This document shows, one piece after another, positions 16,120-19,312 of a stretch of 19,312 nt of DNA. Position numbers and translations under genes: made by a program. The notes under the pieces are model-generated. The model was not told where the DNA came from. It saw nothing but the letters and a program-made list of their open reading frames with translations, and searched no databases. Numbering within the stretch: the stretch's first letter is position 1; each line of letters begins with the position of its first letter. This stretch comes from an uncultured archaeon (GTDB lineage: Archaea > Asgardarchaeota > Heimdallarchaeia > Heimdallarchaeales > Heimdallarchaeaceae): positions 1 to 19,312 of the forward strand of contig CAZJUB010000048.1 in NCBI GenBank assembly GCA_964549075.1, in the 5' to 3' direction.

Positions 16120-17073
16120 TTGGTATCCGAGAATGTTGCAGACATTTATGGTTTCTTCTTAGGAAATAAGGATGGAATAATCTACAAAGAAACTATTTTC
16201 AAAAAAGAAAAATGTCCGTTAGATATCTTAACTAATGTCGTTAAAGCAATCTGTTCGTTTACCGAAGAAACAAAAATCTCAGATTATGGGACTATTGAGC
16301 TTTCTCATTCTCAAATATCTTTTCGAAAGATTCAAGACATAACTTATGTACTAAGTCATGGGATAAATAAACGCCAAACAGCTAATAGAGTAATTGGACT
16401 TCTAGCAGAAGAGTTTGAAGTAAGGTCCCGAGCTAAATTTCATAGTTCAGATCCTAAACAAGTCTTTTCTGGTGCATCTGCTGTATATAATCAAACTATA
16501 GAAATGCTATTTGAACCAATCTTTAAAGCTCCTCCCAGTGATAAAGCAGAAGAAAAAAAGAAAAAACACTACCCTCAGTTAGATCTTGAGCTTGATTTAG
16601 TTAATGTTCCTATAAGTTTTGATGATTTAATGTTAGATACTAGCCAGAGTTCAAAAATTAAAGAGGAAAAACCAGTAGAACCTTTGACAAAAGATCAAAT
16701 GTTAAGTGCTGTTACTTTTAACATACTAAATAGTATTTCTGGAATAGATCACCTTGTATTCGTAGAACATAACCAAGAGAAAGCAGAAATATTCTTTCAT
16801 AGTGGTCATCTCGAAGAGAGTTTTATTAAGAAAACATTGTTGATTTGTGAAAAATATCTTAACAATATAATGAAAATCATGAAAGATGAAGAAATGGAGA
16901 ATTCTATTCAGATTACAGATAAGTATCAAATAATATTTGTTCCAATAGACGAGAGTAATTTTATCTATGCAGTAGGAACAAAAGAGGTTGATGCTGTCTT
17001 AATGGAACCTGTTTTTGAACGAATTGCATCAAGAATCAAAAATGTTGTTCTTGAATATAAGGAAACAGATTAG
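16120..17073 (+). CDS. Longin-like + Roadblock/LC7-like two-domain protein
   Basis: N-domain IYGFFLGNKDGIIY...LTNVVKAICSFTEE...IGLLAEEF follows the longin pattern. C-domain ILNSISGIDHLVFV...IIFVPIDESNFIYAVGTKEVD...ERIASRI follows the roadblock pattern. Start codon uncertain. Confidence 0.7.
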   Translation: MVSENVADIYGFFLGNKDGIIYKETIFKKEKCPLDILTNVVKAICSFTEETKISDYGTIELSHSQISFRKIQDITYVLSHGINKRQTANRVIGLLAEEFEVRSRAKFHSSDPKQVFSGASAVYNQTIEMLFEPIFKAPPSDKAEEKKKKHYPQLDLELDLVNVPISFDDLMLDTSQSSKIKEEKPVEPLTKDQMLSAVTFNILNSISGIDHLVFVEHNQEKAEIFFHSGHLEESFIKKTLLICEKYLNNIMKIMKDEEMENSIQITDKYQIIFVPIDESNFIYAVGTKEVDAVLMEPVFERIASRIKNVVLEYKETD

Positions 17074-17081
17074 TTTTATTT

Positions 17082-18146
17082 CTAATAAATATCTAACAAC
17101 TCAGAATTAGAGATTTTTTCATTAAATAAGAAACTTTTCCATTCAGTTTTACAAGAGCAATTAATCGCTTCATCCAATATTTTTGTATCTTGATTTAAGG
17201 TGAATTCTTTCAGAATACTAATAATCTCCTTGTCACATTCCCCGCAATTATGTGCTCCTCTCTCACTTCCTCCAGCAACAATATCACAAATTAACCTTAT
17301 ACCGGGGTATTCTTTCTTTATTTCTCTACACAGATATAATAATGACCACAACCAAGGTGTTCTATACATTTTTTTCTCGAATAATTCAGACAGCAATGTC
17401 CCTCTATGAATACTCATAGCATTTATTGATATTGTTTTCACTCCTAATTCTATGACCTTTGAAATGCTTTTTAAAATATCTCCTATTGAATCAAACTCAG
17501 AAATAAAAGGTGGTTTAAACAATAAGTAGGTTTTAACTCTAGCTCCTTTGTTTTGTATTTTTGTTACTGCTTTAACAAAGTCATTCCAGAAAAAACCTTT
17601 GTTAATAGAATTTTGAAGGATGTTGTCATTAGCACTTTCTAAGCCAATTGCAATTTCAATTTTGCTAATTTCAATATTCTGTGCAATATTGTCCAAAACT
17701 GATTCTGTGATATATTCGGGTCTTGATTCTAACACAATTTCCTCAATCTGCTCATATTTTGCAGTTTCTTTCATCATTTCTTTTTGTATTTCTAGAGGAA
17801 TCTCTTTGAGATCCAGAAAACTACCACTAGTAAACAGTTTTAATGAATATTTTAGTTTCTTCTCTATTTTTTGGTTAAGAATTTCTTTGAAGGAGGTTAG
17901 CATATCATCATAATTTGGTTGCTGAGGATTATCATAGATGTATCCACATATTGAACAACCACCACTCTCTGATAGAGCCCAAGAACAACCTTTTGTTGGG
18001 AGAATCAGAACTAATGCTTTACCTGCTCCCGTTATTAATCGATGATCTTCTACCCAACTAACAATCTTCCTTGAATGTTCTCTTTCTTCAAGAGATTTCT
18101 GTCTTATCTCTCTTATAATTGATGAAAGAACTTGATTTATCTTCAT
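17082..18146 (-). CDS. raSEA: Archaeosine biosynthesis radical SAM protein RaSEA (TIGR01210 family)
   Basis: T-x-GCSWA....GGCSICGY, FTSGSFLD, ESRPEY, GLESAND, KTYLLFKPPF, PWLWS and RGAHNCGEC; ATGA overlap with the arcS stop. Confidence 0.92.
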   Translation of the reverse strand: MKINQVLSSIIREIRQKSLEEREHSRKIVSWVEDHRLITGAGKALVLILPTKGCSWALSESGGCSICGYIYDNPQQPNYDDMLTSFKEILNQKIEKKLKYSLKLFTSGSFLDLKEIPLEIQKEMMKETAKYEQIEEIVLESRPEYITESVLDNIAQNIEISKIEIAIGLESANDNILQNSINKGFFWNDFVKAVTKIQNKGARVKTYLLFKPPFISEFDSIGDILKSISKVIELGVKTISINAMSIHRGTLLSELFEKKMYRTPWLWSLLYLCREIKKEYPGIRLICDIVAGGSERGAHNCGECDKEIISILKEFTLNQDTKILDEAINCSCKTEWKSFLFNEKISNSELLDIY

Positions 18147-19312
18147 CTCTTCACCTTTAATTTTTTCTTAACTTCAGCTAAACTTCCTGAAGTCATTTTA
18201 TTCATATCCAAACCAGATACTAAAGCTCGTGCAGTTGCTATTACTTGATTATTGTTTATTATGAAGATTTCATCATCAGGATGAATATTTTCATCTGCAT
18301 GAATACATCCTGGCGCATAAATATTACTTCCAGATACATATTCTGCACCAAACTCCAGTTTAACTAAAGTTTTATCTACGATTTCTTGAGCTACATCGGG
18401 TAAAATTGAGAGAAATCCTGTTTTTGAAGAGACTGTAGCTATGAGTCTTTTATCTCTAAAAACTTGTAAATTCTTTGGATATTTGCCTTTGATTTTAATG
18501 TTGTTTGAAAATAAAATGTCCCCTGTATCATTACCAAACTGATAATCAGCTACAGTTTTTAGATTACTAATCCTAGAAGGTGTTGAGTTAATTTCATGGG
18601 CACCTAATCTCGGATTTATAGAAGTTAAAACCTCACTTAGTTTTTTCAAAGATTCTGGACTTGTAGGAGATTTTTCCGCAGAAGTATCTATTATTTCTAA
18701 AGATGATTTTTCTCTTATATTTTCTATAATTTGTTCATATCCGTGTCCGTGCATATGATTGATAATAATTGATTCTTTAGGAAATTGTGATAGAACATCT
18801 AATAGTAACTCAGATGTTATTGATATCTCTTCTTCTGACCAAATACCAGCTACTGGTATATCATAGAATCTCGGAGGATATATATTTTCAAGTTCTCTCG
18901 GAACAACTGACAAAGGAGATGTTATAATTATCTCTGATAAAGCTGAAAAAACTCTTTTTCCTGCCTTTTTTATTGCAGTTCTAAATTGTATGTGAGAGCG
19001 TGAAAAGGAATAAGGTTTTTTCGCTGAACAAGGTAGTAATAATATTATTTTTTTATACATTTGAGGTTTGAATCTTGTTCGTATTCTTTGTCTATATTCC
19101 AATATGGATGGATTATAGAGTGATTCTTCCCCAATACATTTTAGTTTACTTGACGAAATAACAGGTGTTCTCTGTCTGAAAGAATCACTATAATTTTTAT
19201 CTAGATGTTTTAGTGTTGCTGCAAATGTTACTGAACGGTGAATATCTTTTTCCACTAATTCTCTTATTGTCCCTTCTTCTAGTGCAAAACGAATTTTAGC
19301 GATTTCGTTTTT
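18143..19312 (-). CDS. arcS: Archaeosine synthase ArcS (ArcTGT2; DUF5591 + PUA), 3' part; 5' end lies outside the window
   Basis: LLPCSAKKPYSFSRSH, IITSPLSVVPRELE..YP...YDIPV-x-G-x-W, ADYQFG and a C-terminal PUA domain. The frame stays open to the edge (KNEIAKIRFALEEGTIRELVEK). Confidence 0.92.
   Translation of the reverse strand, partial: KNEIAKIRFALEEGTIRELVEKDIHRSVTFAATLKHLDKNYSDSFRQRTPVISSSKLKCIGEESLYNPSILEYRQRIRTRFKPQMYKKIILLLPCSAKKPYSFSRSHIQFRTAIKKAGKRVFSALSEIIITSPLSVVPRELENIYPPRFYDIPVAGIWSEEEISITSELLLDVLSQFPKESIIINHMHGHGYEQIIENIREKSSLEIIDTSAEKSPTSPESLKKLSEVLTSINPRLGAHEINSTPSRISNLKTVADYQFGNDTGDILFSNNIKIKGKYPKNLQVFRDKRLIATVSSKTGFLSILPDVAQEIVDKTLVKLEFGAEYVSGSNIYAPGCIHADENIHPDDEIFIINNNQVIATARALVSGLDMNKMTSGSLAEVKKKLKVKR

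Noticed and set aside
6412-17913. Other 60-98 aa ORFs overlapping larger genes (e.g. 6811, 7928, 8053, 9180, 10611, 11811, 11927, 13320, 15583, 16726, 17200, 17620)
   Set aside because: Antisense or off-frame overlaps of stronger CDSs, with no independent support.
1-19312. CRISPR array, transposase or prophage genes
   Set aside because: No spaced direct repeats or mobile-element proteins were seen.

Overview
AT-rich archaeal chromosomal window, most likely from an Asgard archaeon (Heimdallarchaeia-like). This is inferred from archaeal housekeeping genes together with longin/roadblock, V4R/Bet3-like and C2-like proteins. It carries rpl40e (missed by the ORF track), archaeal DnaG, TyrRS, tRNA-Val(CAC), an orphan C5-cytosine methyltransferase, a 4-gene operon built around an unusual coiled-coil/ArsR regulator, a geranylgeranyl reductase, a Zn-finger/EF-1beta pair, a GAF-GAF-PAS histidine kinase-like protein with a degenerate ATPase domain, and the archaeosine genes arcS-raSEA. 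The most notable unannotated element is a ~220-nt structured RNA between tyrS and tRNA-Val (about 4453-4672). It folds into three K-turn-bearing hairpins linked by ANANNA hinges. The pockets of hairpins 1 and 2 are complementary to 23S rRNA peptidyl-transferase-centre sequences around E. coli-equivalent positions 2496 and 2554/2555. It looks like a box H/ACA pseudouridylation guide with mixed archaeal (K-turn) and eukaryote-like (H box) features. All folding and homology calls were made by eye, without database searches.
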